Assembly (NCBI RefSeq): GCF_009914755.1
Contig: NC_060930.1
Strand: one strand, 5' to 3'
Source: the human T2T-CHM13v2.0 reference genome, Homo sapiens
DNA: 64,000 nucleotides
The first letter of the stretch is position 1. Every line of letters begins with the position of its first letter. Position numbers and translations under genes: made by a program. The notes under the pieces were generated by a model. It was given only the letters and a program-made list of their open reading frames with translations. It did not search any database and was not told the origin of the DNA. Shown here one piece after another: positions 1 to 13,220 of this stretch.

Positions 1-305
1 TTTTTTTTTTTTTTTTTAAAGTGAGACAGGGCTCACTGTGTTGGCCAGGCTGGAGTGCAGTGGCATGATCATGGCTCACTGCAACCTTGACCTCCAAGGT
101 TAAGGTGATCCTCCCACCTCAGCACCCCAGAGTAGCTGGGACTACAGGCACATGTCACCATATCTGGCTAACTTTTTGTATTTTTAGTAGAGACAGGGTT
201 TTGCCGTGTTGCCCATGCTGATCTTGGACTTCTGAGCTTAAGTGATCCACCCGCCTCAGCCTACCAAAGTGCTGGGATTACAAGTGTGAGCCACTGTGCT
301 GAGCG
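1..305 (-). mobile_element. Alu (AluJ-like)
   Basis: Poly(T) then reverse-complement Alu body ending ...gtgagccactgtgctgag. Confidence 0.92.
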
Positions 306-809
306 ATTTTCCTAACTTTAAATTATCCTCACGTTTCTAGGATAACACCTACTAGGCCCAAAATACATTTAAAATGTATATTGCAACCGTTTCTCTTCCC
401 TTCCTGAATAATTCAGTCCTGAAGCCATTATGTGGGTCAAAGCAAGGTATGTATCTGCAAGGGGGGGTGGGGTGCTGCAATGGCCCAGAGTGGAATGTCA
501 AAGCCCAGATTGAGTAGTAGCATCATGTTGGGGGAAGGCATCAGACCCCACTCAAGATAAGGAGGGCACCATAGGGAGGTGACTGGGGTGGCTGTGTGTG
601 GGGATTTAGGGCCCAGGTGAAATGAGTTAGGCATCCATGGGTGGGGAAGGAGCTACCTGGTATGGGGAGTCAGAGCCAGAGCAGGGTGAGCAGGCATAGG
701 GGCAGCCTGGCATAGTATGTGAGAGCCTAAGCAGAACAGGAAGGGACAACTACCTAGAGAGCCGCCTAGTTCCAGCATGCCGAGTCAAAGCCTAAGCAGA
801 GTGAGGAGG

Positions 810-1365
810 GCAGACACTACTTTAATCAAGGGATCAAAATGAACATCATCCATAATGTGTACCACCTGATAGGATATAATGAGAAGAAATGACCATTACT
901 TCTGTGCTGTTCTCACTAAAAATGCGTAGCCTAAATCTAATCAAGAGAAAATACTAAAGCCAAATTGAGGGATATTCTACAAAATAGGTGGCCTATAATA
1001 ATCTCCAATGGTGCCAGGGTCCTGAAAGAGTCTTTCAAGTGTTACTTAGGATTTAAGGAGACTGAAGGGACATGACAAATGCAAACTGTACTACTACTGT
1101 ATCTTTTTCTATAAAACGTCATTGGGATAATTTGGCATACGTGAATAATGTCTGCAGATTAAATAATAGTAATGTATCAGTGTTTATTGCCTGATTCTGG
1201 TGGTCATACTGTGGTTATGTGGGAGAATGTACTTGTTTGTAGGAAATACATACTCTTTGAAGGTAGTGAGGCATTAGGTTGGCCACTAACTACCAAATAG
1301 CTTAGGAAAAAAATGTCTTTGTACTGTATCGCCAACTTTTCTGTAACTTTGTGATTGTTTCAAAA
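810..1365 (+). mobile_element. Old L1M (L1MC/ME-type) 3' end fragment
   Basis: Motifs typical of old L1 3' UTRs (ctgtggttatgtgggagaatgt; tactgtat...caacttttctgtaa). Boundaries approximate. Confidence 0.55.
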
Positions 1366-1408
1366 ATTTTTTTTTAATTTAAAGTTTATTGTAGGATTTG
1401 GTTGGTAA

Positions 1409-1827
<419 letters not shown>

Positions 1828-1915
1828 TAGTACCCTCAAACAATGAATTAGTGAATTTTCCCACTCTTCCTTTCATCCAAAAGCTTCTGTAATAAAGAGA
1901 TTATCTGTTTCCTAA

Positions 1916-2259
<344 letters not shown>

Positions 2260-2769
2260 TAAAAATTGTATGATAATTATTTTTTTTTCTTAACCTGGAT
2301 TTAGTTTCTTAATAGGTAAAGGACTATTTTTTTCTATTTCTTTGTGAGACCATTTTAAAATGTTAGAACATTTTAGTAATGTTCTAACCATTCCCATTTT
2401 ATTCAGATTTTTAAGTTATTTTCAGATAAGATGATTCTTAATAATCTTATTTCAAATAATATTATTCAATATATTTTGATTTTAAAACATCTTTATTGCT
2501 CTTGTAGTTATGGTTCCTTTCTCATTTCCAATACTGTTGATTTGTGCCTTCTCTTTTTTTCTTGACCAGCTTTGCCAGATGACTAGGTTTAGTTTTGTTG
2601 ACCCTCTCTGTGTGTTTTCTTATTTTTTTAAACATCCTCACCACAATCTGTGTCTTTATTTTCTATGTCATTTATTTCTCATCTCAGTTTTATTACTTTT
2701 ACGTTTTTATACTCTGAGTTTATCCTGTTCTTTGTCCAATTTAAGTTGGCTACTTAGTTATTTTCACCA

Positions 2770-3188
2770 AATTTTGCATAATAAACCACTAAAACCTTAG
2801 TAGCATTTAATGTAAGCATTATCGCTCACTCATCTGAGGTCTGGCTAAGTATCTGTTGATCTTGGCTGGACTGATAGATATGTTTCAGATTGGCTGTTAC
2901 CTGATACAGGTTGGACTCAACTGGAGCAACAGGATGACATCTACCTCTCATTACCCTGCTGGGGACAGCAAGCTAATCTGGACGTATCTTCTCATTGTGA
3001 GGGCAGAAGCATAAAAGAAAACAAGATGCTTAAACTTACAGCTGTCCTACTATCACTTCTGCCCCATTCTCTTGGTCAGAACAGGTCACATGGTTAGGAA
3101 AATATTTTCTACCATTATGATAAGTACTCCAAAGTCATGTGACAAAGGACAGGGAAACAAGGAGAGGTGAAGAATTCAATCTACCACA
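2770..3188. mobile_element. MaLR LTR (MLT1-like)
   Basis: aaccactaaaaccttagtagc...ggtcacatgg...aatctaccaca pattern typical of MLT1 LTRs. Confidence 0.5.
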
Positions 3189-6100
3189 CTTCCCACCCTC
3201 AGTACTTTGCTTTTCCAAACTCTTCATAACAGAAAAGTTAAAAGAATAGTACCATGAATACCCACATAGCTTTCACCGAGATTCCCCCTTCATTCACATT
3301 TTGCCATATTTGCTTTATCTCACATTTTATTTTCTGAATCCTTTAAGAGTTAGCCAGTATTATGACATTGCCCCCCTTATATACTTTAAGCGTTTATCTC
3401 CTAAGGCCAAATACATTTTTCTGTATACTCACAACACAATCATCACACTCAGGAAATGTAATATTGACACACCACTATTATCTAATTACAATATATATTT
3501 AAATTTCTCCATTTGTCCCAATAATATTCTCTTTGGCTATTCTTTATTTTCTCTTTTTAAATGCAGCCAGTTTTGTTTTATTACAATATATGAATTCCTA
3601 ACAATCACTTTGTCATGCAAAATTGCACATTAAAGATCACGGGGCTTACCGAAAAAGTGTACTTAGAGACACAGCATGCAAAAACGTCATCACACACGCA
3701 GAACCTTATTGAAACAGTAGCACAGTTTTATACCTATTAAGTAGTTAAATACATAGGTAGTTTACCTTGAAAAAGATCTGAAGTTTCTTTGCAGAAGTGG
3801 GCACCAGAAGGAAAGTGGGTGTCGAAAGGGATGTAGTTTGTGAGTTAATGTGAATTAGCAGGAGGAGAGTTCTCTGAAATTGGATAGAAAGTTGTAACAC
3901 CACTTGTGAATGGGTATCGCTAATAACACTCATGGTGAACTAAGGTAGCTGGTACATCTTTGATTTGCGTGCGCATGTGCATTTTGCGTATTCTAACAGC
4001 TCAGTTCATTTGGGTACAGTTGTCTGCTTTCACCTAATGTTTCCCACCAAAAAATAGTACATAAGCAAATGAGAAATTCTTGTTTTGCTAATGTTGTGTC
4101 AGAACAAATGTGTATATATGTACTTTTTTAAGCTGTAACAGAAGTGACAGTATAAACATTTGCATCTAAAACTGTCCCTCTTAAGATTGCTTTAGCTGCA
4201 TCCTACGAATTTTGATAGGTTGTGTTTTTGCTGTAATTCAAGTCTAAGTATTCTCTGATTTCTATTATGGTTTCTTTTACCCCTGACTGAGAAGTACAGT
4301 TTAAAATTTCAAGTTTGTAGTTTTCTTTGTTAGGGTATTCTTTTGTTAAGTGTTTAACTTTATTGCGTTTTATTCAAAGAATGTGGAAAAATGTGAAAAA
4401 AATATAAAAAATGTGAAACATATTCTTTATTTCATGTGACTGTCTACGTGGCCTAGTTTGTGTTCAGTTTTTGTAACTGTTTTACTTGTGTTTGTGAAGA
4501 ATGTGCATTTTCTAATTGGTGAGTCCAGTTTCTCCAGACGTAAATTATTGTATTTTTTTCTTAGCTTAATTTTCTGTGTGTTTATCACCAATTCAATCCA
4601 AATTCTCCCTCAATTGTTTAAATCTCCTCTAAGCTTATTCAAGCACATTAGGTTATCTATCAATTTCATCTTGAAGAAATTTATCCAAAATCCATCTAAT
4701 ATGCTATAATTATTTTCCAGGCCCATTGCACAACTGTCTTCTTGGAATCTTACTTGCATTCATCTCTCTCATGTTAGAGCTCCCTTTTTTCTGTGTATCA
4801 TTCTGACTCCTTTCCTGGTTTATTTTTCATTTTGGTGAAATTCTTTCTTCAGTAACATCCTGAAAAAATGTGCCTAGAAGGTAAAAAATTTTAGACCACG
4901 TATGTCCGAAAGTGACTTTTCTATTTTAATAGTTACAATCGTTGGATATAAATAGTTTCCCCATAGCTTTTAATGCAGTGCTTCATTTTCTTTTTGTTCC
5001 AGTGTTGCAGTTGAGAAGTCTGCTGCCTCTTCCCCCACCAATCTTATTTTGATCCTCTCTTTGTTTTTGAGCTCTAAAATTTTATGAGAAAGTACTTTGG
5101 TACAGTTCTATTTTCAGTAATTGTGCTGGACATTCAGTGGGTCTTTTCATTCCTAAAATTCATGTTCTTAGGTTCTAGAAAATTAATTTGAATTAAATAT
5201 TTTCTTTATTCCCCTCAATTTCTCTATTCTGACTTCCTGGAACTCCTGTTATTTATTATGGGACCTCTAGCATTATTCTTTAAATTTTAAAATCTTTTTT
5301 CTCCTATCCATAATTTTTATTAGTCTTTTTTCCCTTAACTATTTCTTATAACATGGTGTTTTTGTTCGTAGATGTAATATGTTTTCTCACATATCGAAGA
5401 ATATCAGTGATAGTTTCTTGAAATTTTACTTTCTTCCTGCATGATTTCTCTTTATTCAAAGTTGCTTTTTTTTCCCCCTTGTTTTGATTTCTCTCAACAT
5501 TAGAAGCTTTTTAAAAATGTCTACTGGTCTTTAAATACCATATTTAAGGGTATACTGCTAAAAAGGTGATTGAGAGCTCCAAGTTCATGTATGACATTTG
5601 TTGTGATTTTCACAAATAAGGGTGTCTAGTTTGTTTCAGTCCCTGATGAAGGCTTGGTGTCAGAATATTGGGTCTTTTCTTTTTGATTTCCCAGAAAAAG
5701 ACTCAGCTAGGGACCTGGAAGTTCAGGCAGTGAGTTGGAAAAAAGGGACTTGCTGTCTATAGGGAGTATGTAAAGTTGACTTATTGCCCTGAAAAGTAAG
5801 ATACTTTTCCTTGACTGTGTCCAAACACCTCTTTTTAAACTTCTTTACTGAGGAAGAGTGGCAGTACCTCGCTTGGGTTTTCTAGGTGTGGAGAGTGAGG
5901 AGGAAATCAGGGAGGCTTAACTCCTAAAATAGACTTTTCAACCAGTTATCTCATTTTTAGCCCCACTTTCACCCCCCCTCCCCATTTTCAGAGGCATCTA
6001 GTGCTCCCAGTTCCTGAGCCCTTTGGTGATTATGCAGAGTTAGTGGGTTTTGTTTGTTTGTTTGTTCTTGTTGTTGTTTTTACCTAAAGCCTATTTAGGA

Positions 6101-6349
6101 GTCACTTTTCTTGGAGTGTCAGTCTTACATATGCTTTCCAGCTTTTAAGATTTTATTTCTTTTTGTTCCATTCCCATGTTCCTATTCTTATGGATTTATG
6201 CCACTTTAAAAAAAATTACTGTAGTTTCAGTGAGGTTTGGGGAGAGGAGAGTAAGGTGCAAAGTGAATGTGTCCAGTCTACCATTTCTACACAAAACCTT
6301 AAAATACATTTTAATAACTTAGAAGTTTTAAAGAGTATTTCACATTCAT

Positions 6350-6776
6350 CAAAGGCTCCTCAGCGGGTTTAGAAGGTCAAAACTGTAAGACATTATTTGC
6401 CACCTTTCAGTCGTGTACAGTGGAGTTTTCCAAAGTTTACATGATGTGTGGTATTGCAGCAAATTAAGTGCATAAACTGATAGGAGAAACCTGCTCTTTT
6501 CTCTTGTCAGGCATTGAAGAGATTTGAAAAATGTAAAACAATGCCTCTCTTTTCACTTTTTTCAGAAAATGCATTTTTATTAAAAATATCTTATTTATGG
6601 TAATGTGATGGGTTTATTGTTATTTTAAACTTGTTTATAAGTAAGTAAAAGTCTCAGTTTTTGTTTTGAATATGGTGAATGTCAGTAGTTGTAACTCACA
6701 TAAACAACTCTTTGGGATCCTCAGTAATTTTTAAGAGAGTAAAGAGTCAAGAGATCAAAATGTTTGAGAACTTCTG
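6350..6776. mobile_element. hAT-Charlie-type DNA transposon remnant (MER119-like)
   Basis: gtgtacagtggagttttcca...acatgatgtgtg internal motif and a tttgagaac-type terminus. Confidence 0.5.
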
Positions 6777-7316
6777 TTCTAGAGAACCCTAGATGTAAAT
6801 TGGAAGTGGAACATGAATGTAATAATATAACCATAACCAACACTCCACTAGTCTTATCTTTACATAGGACAATAATGTAATTTAATCCCCATGTTTATTA
6901 AATGTAACACCCCCGCGGTTTTATTTCTCTTTTATTTTCCCTCGTGGTAATCCTTAGGGCAACTAAAGGAAGCTATCAGAAGTTAATCTATACTCTTTCT
7001 CCCTAAAGCATGTATGTTCTAGACTCTGCTTATTTAAATAATGAGAAATAAACTTAAGAGCCAAATTGTTAAAGTGTGCATTTTTGTTCTCAAGGGGTTA
7101 AAAATTGGCTCTTAAAGAAAAAAATTTTTTTTTAAATTGTTTGTTACATGTAAACAGATACATAGTTTAATTTGTGGTATCAAAATATCATTGAGGATGA
7201 TGAACAATTAGGAAAAAAAGTCAAAAGTCTCCTTAAGAGGGGACAATAATGAAAAACACCGCAAGAAACAGTGTGTTAGAGATCCTTTAACCTCTTACCT
7301 ATTTCTTCTATCCTAG

Positions 7317-7401
7317 GCTTGCCCCAGAACACACACTATAGAGCAGATGCAGTAGCCACAAATAACTTTGTGGGGATCTAGTAGCTCCCTTAAAGAATGA
7401 G
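7317..7401 (+). other. ZNF292: Cryptic/alternative 85-nt exon in intron 1 (likely the 'exon 1A' of circZNF292); poison exon in linear mRNA
   Basis: Branch-like tttaac, a long pyrimidine tract and cctag| at 7316. Donor GAG|gtgagg at 7402. In-frame TAG at 7353-7355. Confidence 0.65.
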
Positions 7402-7409
7402 GTGAGGCA

Positions 7410-7735
<326 letters not shown>

Positions 7736-8865
7736 TCAGCCCTAGCTAGTTGCCATGCTGGGATGTGGGCCCAAAGTTGCCAATTTTTTTTGTTTTAAAA
7801 GAAAAGCCAGAAACCCAAGTTTTTATGTAAAATATATGACTTCTAAATATTAGAAACTAATTCAAATACTTTTTGAACAATGTGCACATCAAAACATCCA
7901 TGAGCCACTAGTTTATGAACACACACATATACTCACTAGTGTAGTCCCTTCTGGTATGGTGGAGTGTGTCTTTAATATATGACTCCTTTCAGTATCCTCA
8001 ACTCTGAATCATCTTGCTCCTCTTTGAATAACTTCAGTTCGTGGGCCACCACCTGTCTCAGGAGGCCAACTTGTTCTGTTTTTGGTTTACTCTAATGGTT
8101 TGGTAGTTCTGTCTTATAGGAAACAGGAAAGTGTCTCTTTTAAACTTCAACCTAGTGGTCCTGGTATGACCTGTGAGACACACAGAATAAAATTAACTCC
8201 TCTCTTATGTGACAAGCCTCTAGATTTGTGAATTTGGCTAATTTAATCTAAAATTTAATCCAAATTTTAAAAATTGGATTTACAAGTCAATTTTTATTTC
8301 TCAGAAATGTATCACATAGTAGTTAAGAATGAACACTCTGAAGTCAGACTATGAGGATTTGAATCCCTTCTCTGCCTTTCCTAGCTCTGTGGTCTTATGG
8401 CTTTTTATTTCACTACTTTTGGTTAGTTAATTTTTAATATAAGCATATTACTATAATTTACCTAATTACTGAATAGGTAGTACATGTAAAGCTCTTAGAA
8501 CAACGCCTAGCACATGGTAAATATTCAGTAAATATTATTTAGTATCCAGATAAAGCATCCCTAGTTCCATCAGTCATTCATCAAAAAACAGTTTTAAATT
8601 TTCTTACCATATTTTTCTTACAGGTTACTCATTAATGGAAGCAATATGGTGCATTGCAGGAAGACATTTAGGTTTTGTTCCTTGTCTTTTCCCCTCTATG
8701 CCATCTCCCCCCAACTCATCTTCAAACCAGATTACAGTGACGTTTATCTTTGTCTGTTCATATGTGTATAAATATAAATATATGTGTATAGACATTCATT
8801 CATTCTTGAAGGGGTGTCGTAACAAAAACCATTGGTTTAATGGGGAAAAAAGTGTAGGACTTTGG

Positions 8866-9449
8866 TCAGATGCCAGTCGCAAGTACCAGGTCCCCAAGTC
8901 TGTCCAACTTGGCTACAATGTTAGGGGTTCTCACAACCCCCTCCTCAGGGTCAGTAATTTGCTAGAATAACTCACAGAACTCAGGAAAATGCTATACTTA
9001 CTATTACAAGGTATTATAAAGGATACAAATGAACAGCCAGATGAAGAAGTACCTAGGGTGAGATCTGAAAGGGTTCCAAGCACCAGAGCCTGTCTCTGTG
9101 GAGTTGGGATGTGCCACCTTCCCAGCACATGGATGTGTTTTCCAACTCAGAAGCTCTTAGACTACTGTTGTTTAGGAGGTCTTGTGGAGTACATAGCCAT
9201 GATTGATCAAATCATTGGCCATTGGTGATTGGGTTCAATCTCTGCCCCTTTACCTCCTGCAAGACTGGGGGGTGGGGCTACAAGTTCCATCTCTCTAATC
9301 ATGGCATGGTCTTTGTAGTGACCAGTCCCTGTCTTAAAGCTATCTAGAAGCTCCTCAGCCTAATGTTATCTCATTAACATGAAAAAGACACTTACGTAGA
9401 TTTCAAGGGTTTTAGGAGCTTTGTGCTAAGAACCTAGGACAAAGACCAG
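8866..9449 (-). mobile_element. ERV LTR, MER21-like
   Basis: taatttgctagaataactcacagaactcagg, aatcattggccattggtgatt and ...ttattataccata terminus resemble MER21 LTRs. Confidence 0.7.
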
Positions 9450-9812
9450 TTATTTTTTATTATACCATACTTGTATGCCTGCCAGTGGCACAAACTGAAT
9501 TCAAAGACTGGTCATGAATCTTAACATCCCTTTTGATTGAATGGTTGCATCATTGAATTCCAAATTTTCTTGTATAATCTTTCCTAGTTCATGTTGGTTC
9601 AACCAGGAACTAATCCCAGGTTTTAATTGCTCTAATCAAAATCACCATGCAAGAGAATGTTTTCATTTCTAGCAGTCCATAGTTCTCTGTCATTGTCCTC
9701 TGAATCATCTAGCTGGTCAAAAGATTGGAGAGTATAACCATTTCAGATCCATAAGAAATATAAGTTCTTCTTTATTTGAGGGCTGTTTAGAAGAAAGTTA
9801 AGAATTCTTCTG

Positions 9813-10925
9813 TGTAGGGGTCAAAAGAAAACTTCCCTTCATCCTCTGAAGGTTCACTGAAAATCACCTGACAAACAGCAGATTAATAGGAGAAATGGCA
9901 TACAGATTTATTAATGAAAGGGAGGTGGGGAAATGTGGGTGATTTTAGAGGAGGGTTGTAAATTATTTTTAGGGGAATTCAATGGACTTGAACATACAGT
10001 GGCCTGGGACAAAGTCTATTGAGCCTGCTAAGCATTCAGTGGTTTGTGACAAAAGTCTGGCTAGGTGTGTTGACAGACTTCCGTCTTCCTGCCCTATGAG
10101 TTCAGTTAATGAAAACTCAGGGAGGGGACTGTTAGAAATGCTTATTCCCGGTGCCACAAAGAAATAGCACTCAAACATAAATTTAATTTTCACAGAAAGG
10201 CAATTTTTACTTTCTGTGGAAAGGGTGCTCCTTGCAGATGGAACAATGGTGAGACCACACCCGGACAGGGGAGGGGAAGGAGTTCTTGTTCCTGACGCAG
10301 GTATCCCCTACTGCTGTGTCATTCCTGTATTGGCTAGGGTTGGCCCGCACAGTCTAAGCTAATTCCAACTGGCTATTTTAAAAAGAGCAGGGGGTATGAG
10401 CCAGAGTGGTAGGGTGAGTAGTTTGGCGGGAAGGATGGTTAGAAACAGGTAACTAAAGGTGACTTAGGTCAGAGCAGGTGACCAGGGGTGACTCAGGTAA
10501 AGCAGGTGACCGGGATGAGTCAGGATGGACCAGGTGACCAGGGAACAGATGTGAACTACTGATTAGGACTGGTGGGAAAGTTGTTTACTGAAACTTAGAA
10601 GCAAGGGGGTGAAGAGAACCAGGAAGCTAAACTTTAAAATGGAGAATCAAAGAATAAGAGAGCTGAACATACTGACATACTGATTCTTTGAAGAGAAACT
10701 TGGGGTTCACTATATTTAACAGGATCAAAGGTAATTTTCTTCTTCTTTGGTGGGCCTGGACTTTAGACAGATAAGGAAACTTCACAGAACAACTTCATAC
10801 TGTGTTTTGCGAGAAAGAGGATCAAGAGATGGGAAGAAACAGGGGAAGGTCGGAGAGACTCTGAGGCTGCTTCTTCAGCATGTCAAAGTGCCACAGTTTG
10901 GGGTATCAGTTTCTGAGCCCCAGCA
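9813..10925 (-). mobile_element. ERV1 (MER4-group, MER31/MER67-like) solo LTR, interrupted by LTR10
   Basis: TG...CA ends and 4-bp TSD-like tctg/cctg. Minus-strand start tgctggggctcagaaactgataccccaaa. Exact family uncertain. Confidence 0.6.
10130..10721 (-). mobile_element. LTR10 (HERV-I family) solo LTR, 592 bp
   Basis: TGTTA...TAACA termini and 4-bp TSD ggac/ggat. Minus-strand start tgttaaatatagtgaaccccaagtttctcttcaaagaatcagtatgtcagtatgttc is LTR10-type. Internal repeat with AP-1 sites. Confidence 0.8.
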
Positions 10926-12767
10926 CCTGCAAAAGTGAGTCTGTGGATTGGGATTATATGTATAATAGTGACATGATTAGGCAAATAAAAGGCTTTAATT
11001 TCTGTGTTTACATCGAAGCTGAATAATCTTGGATATAATGTAGGCAGCTTGGGTATAATGTAGGCAGCTTCATCTCATGACCAGCTACAATGTCATTTGT
11101 TCATCATTACATTTAACAATGCCAAGAGGGTACAGAAACATGGATTCCCCTCTTCCCCAGCATCTCTGTCCCTGCTTGGAACTTAAAAGATCAGGAATAG
11201 CTTTACCTTTGGGTTTCATGTGGATTGAGCTAAGGAACTTATCTCTGGTTGTTTTTATCCTCACGTAGAATCTATTTTGTACCATGAAGGTTTGGGATAT
11301 AATGGGATTGTGAGGTGAGGTGCAAGTGTGGATGAGAGCAAATTTGTTTCAGGGTTCATCTGGGAAAGATTGCAGTGTTTTTTCCTGGATATCTGAGAAA
11401 CACGTTTTTCCACTTCAACTTTACTGAGAAATTTTGCTGTGGAGTTGGTTTTGGACCTAGTTGAGTATCCCCCGACACCCCATCCTACATCCTGCACTGT
11501 GGCTGCAGGTTTTCTGTCCTTTCTGTCTCTAGCAATCAGTATTTGCCCTCACTTCTTAGGGGGAAAGGAAAGGAAAGGATTAGTTGAGAGCCAAGGTCTG
11601 TGAATATATGGCTACTCAGTCGGTGAGTAGTTATTTTGTTGCCCTTTAGTTTACCAGCTTACTTTTTCTATTGCTTTCGTCTAATCACTTACTAATTCTG
11701 TTAGTTGGAAGTTAGTAGAGAGGTCAAGGTAGTAAGTGCTTTGGTAGTAGAATACAATCCCCCCCACCCCTTCCCTCCCTCCAGTTTTTAAAAGTGCTTC
11801 TGTATGCCAGAGGATACAGGCCCTCAGGAAATTTTTTTTTCCTTCAATACCCTATTTTCTAGGAAAAGAAACCTGAATTTCCATATGTTTGATTAAATGA
11901 GTCTTAAACCCTGAAGTGTGGAGAGGACCAATTGTGGCAGTCTTCTGTGTTATAAAAACATTTAATTAGAATCTCTCTTCATTTAGCATAACTATAGAAC
12001 CTTTTAGGTAAGAGTCTTAACATGTGTGTTTCTGTATAACTTATCTTTCCATTATCTCCCATCTCTTATTCAGTAAGATAAATAGCATCTTTTAAAGTAA
12101 TTCTGATGAGGTAAATTTAAAATATTCACTTAATTGAAAGATGAGAAATATTTTTAATTAAAAAAACACTATTACAAAAATTACTTAACCTTATAATAAT
12201 TCTTTAATATCTTTAATGTTGATTTGTATATGTTGAAAGTCTTTGGATGACTTTTTAATTGCTAGTGCTTGTCAAAAAATTATTAATTTGTATGTACTGT
12301 TATTTTTTTATGGACTGAAAAAGGACACGTCTTTGCTGACCATACATGATTTATTTTGTTGTTCAATATTGAATTTTCTGCTGCTTCTACGAGAAATAGA
12401 AAACAGATATTATTTCAAATTCTTCACTGCATGCCTGGTCAACTGTTACTTGCTCAGATGTCTTTTTAAAATAACTTTTAAAACTTACTAGGGAATAGAG
12501 GAGATAACTCTTGCCCTATTTAAAACTAGCCTTGATGAAATTATGCTGTTGCTGGATGAATTAATACTAATCTTTTCTCCTACAGAGAGCTGCCAAAAAT
12601 ATGACTATGACTTTATTTCATTTAATATTTTAATCAATATAAACTACTTTTTGTTTTTATAAATAAAAATCTGTATTTTTCAAAATTTTTCAGGAAAAAA
12701 CAGCTGATGAGTCAATGTATATTTTGATTTACATTTTGAATACTTTTTATTATTCCTTCCAAAACAG

Positions 12768-12922
12768 ACACTCCTAGAATATGCAGAGAAATGGAAAACT
12801 TCAGAAGATCCTTTACCTTTATTGGAGGTATACACAGTGGCTATCCAAAGTTATGTTAAAGCCCGACCTTATCTTACCTCTGAATGTGAAAATGTAGCCT
12901 TGGTTCTGGAACGCTTGGCATT
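12768..12922 (+). CDS. ZNF292: ZNF292 coding exon 2 (155 nt, TLLEYAEKWKTSEDPLPLLEVY...VLERLAL)
   Basis: Acceptor ttccttccaaaacag| at 12767 and donor TT|gtgagt at 12923. Open frame, phase 0 in and phase 2 out, matching the next exon. Peptide recognised as the ZNF292/RLF N-terminal region. Confidence 0.96.
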
Positions 12923-12965
12923 GTGAGTAGACCTTTGAGTAAATAAACTAGATTTAGCTTTAAAA

Positions 12966-12967
<2 letters not shown>

Positions 12968-13000
<33 letters not shown>
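12968..13000 (+). repeat. (AC)16 microsatellite in the 219-nt intron 2
   Basis: Direct reading; 45 nt downstream of the exon 2 donor. Confidence 0.98.
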
Positions 13001-13001
<1 letters not shown>

Positions 13002-13141
13002 CATTAAATCTCAAGTCTTATAGTTTAATTTTAAATAGATTAGTTATGGGGAGTCTGCTTATGATACTAGAATTACTGGTTTTATAATTTCCTTTGAATT
13101 TTAATAATTATTCCTCTCCTTACCAACTTTTTGTTTTTTAG

Positions 13142-13220
13142 AAGCTGTGTTGAACTTTTACTGTGTCTGCCTGTTGAGTTATCAGATAAACAGTGGGAAC
13201 AATTTCAGACACTGGTGCAG
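13142..13220 (+). CDS. ZNF292: ZNF292 coding exon 3 (79 nt, SCVELLLCLPVELSDKQWEQFQTLVQ)
   Basis: Acceptor ttgttttttag| and donor CAG|gtgaga. Completes the split TT-A codon from exon 2. Phase 0 out. Confidence 0.96.

Noticed and set aside
8600-8970. Acceptor-like tttttcttacag at 8623 followed by a 111-aa ORF
   Set aside because: No convincing partner donor identified. The ORF is low complexity and runs into the MER21-like LTR.
11028-11070. 20-bp tandem duplication gg(a/g)tataatgtaggcagctt
   Set aside because: Two-copy slippage duplication; no spacer structure or evidence of function.
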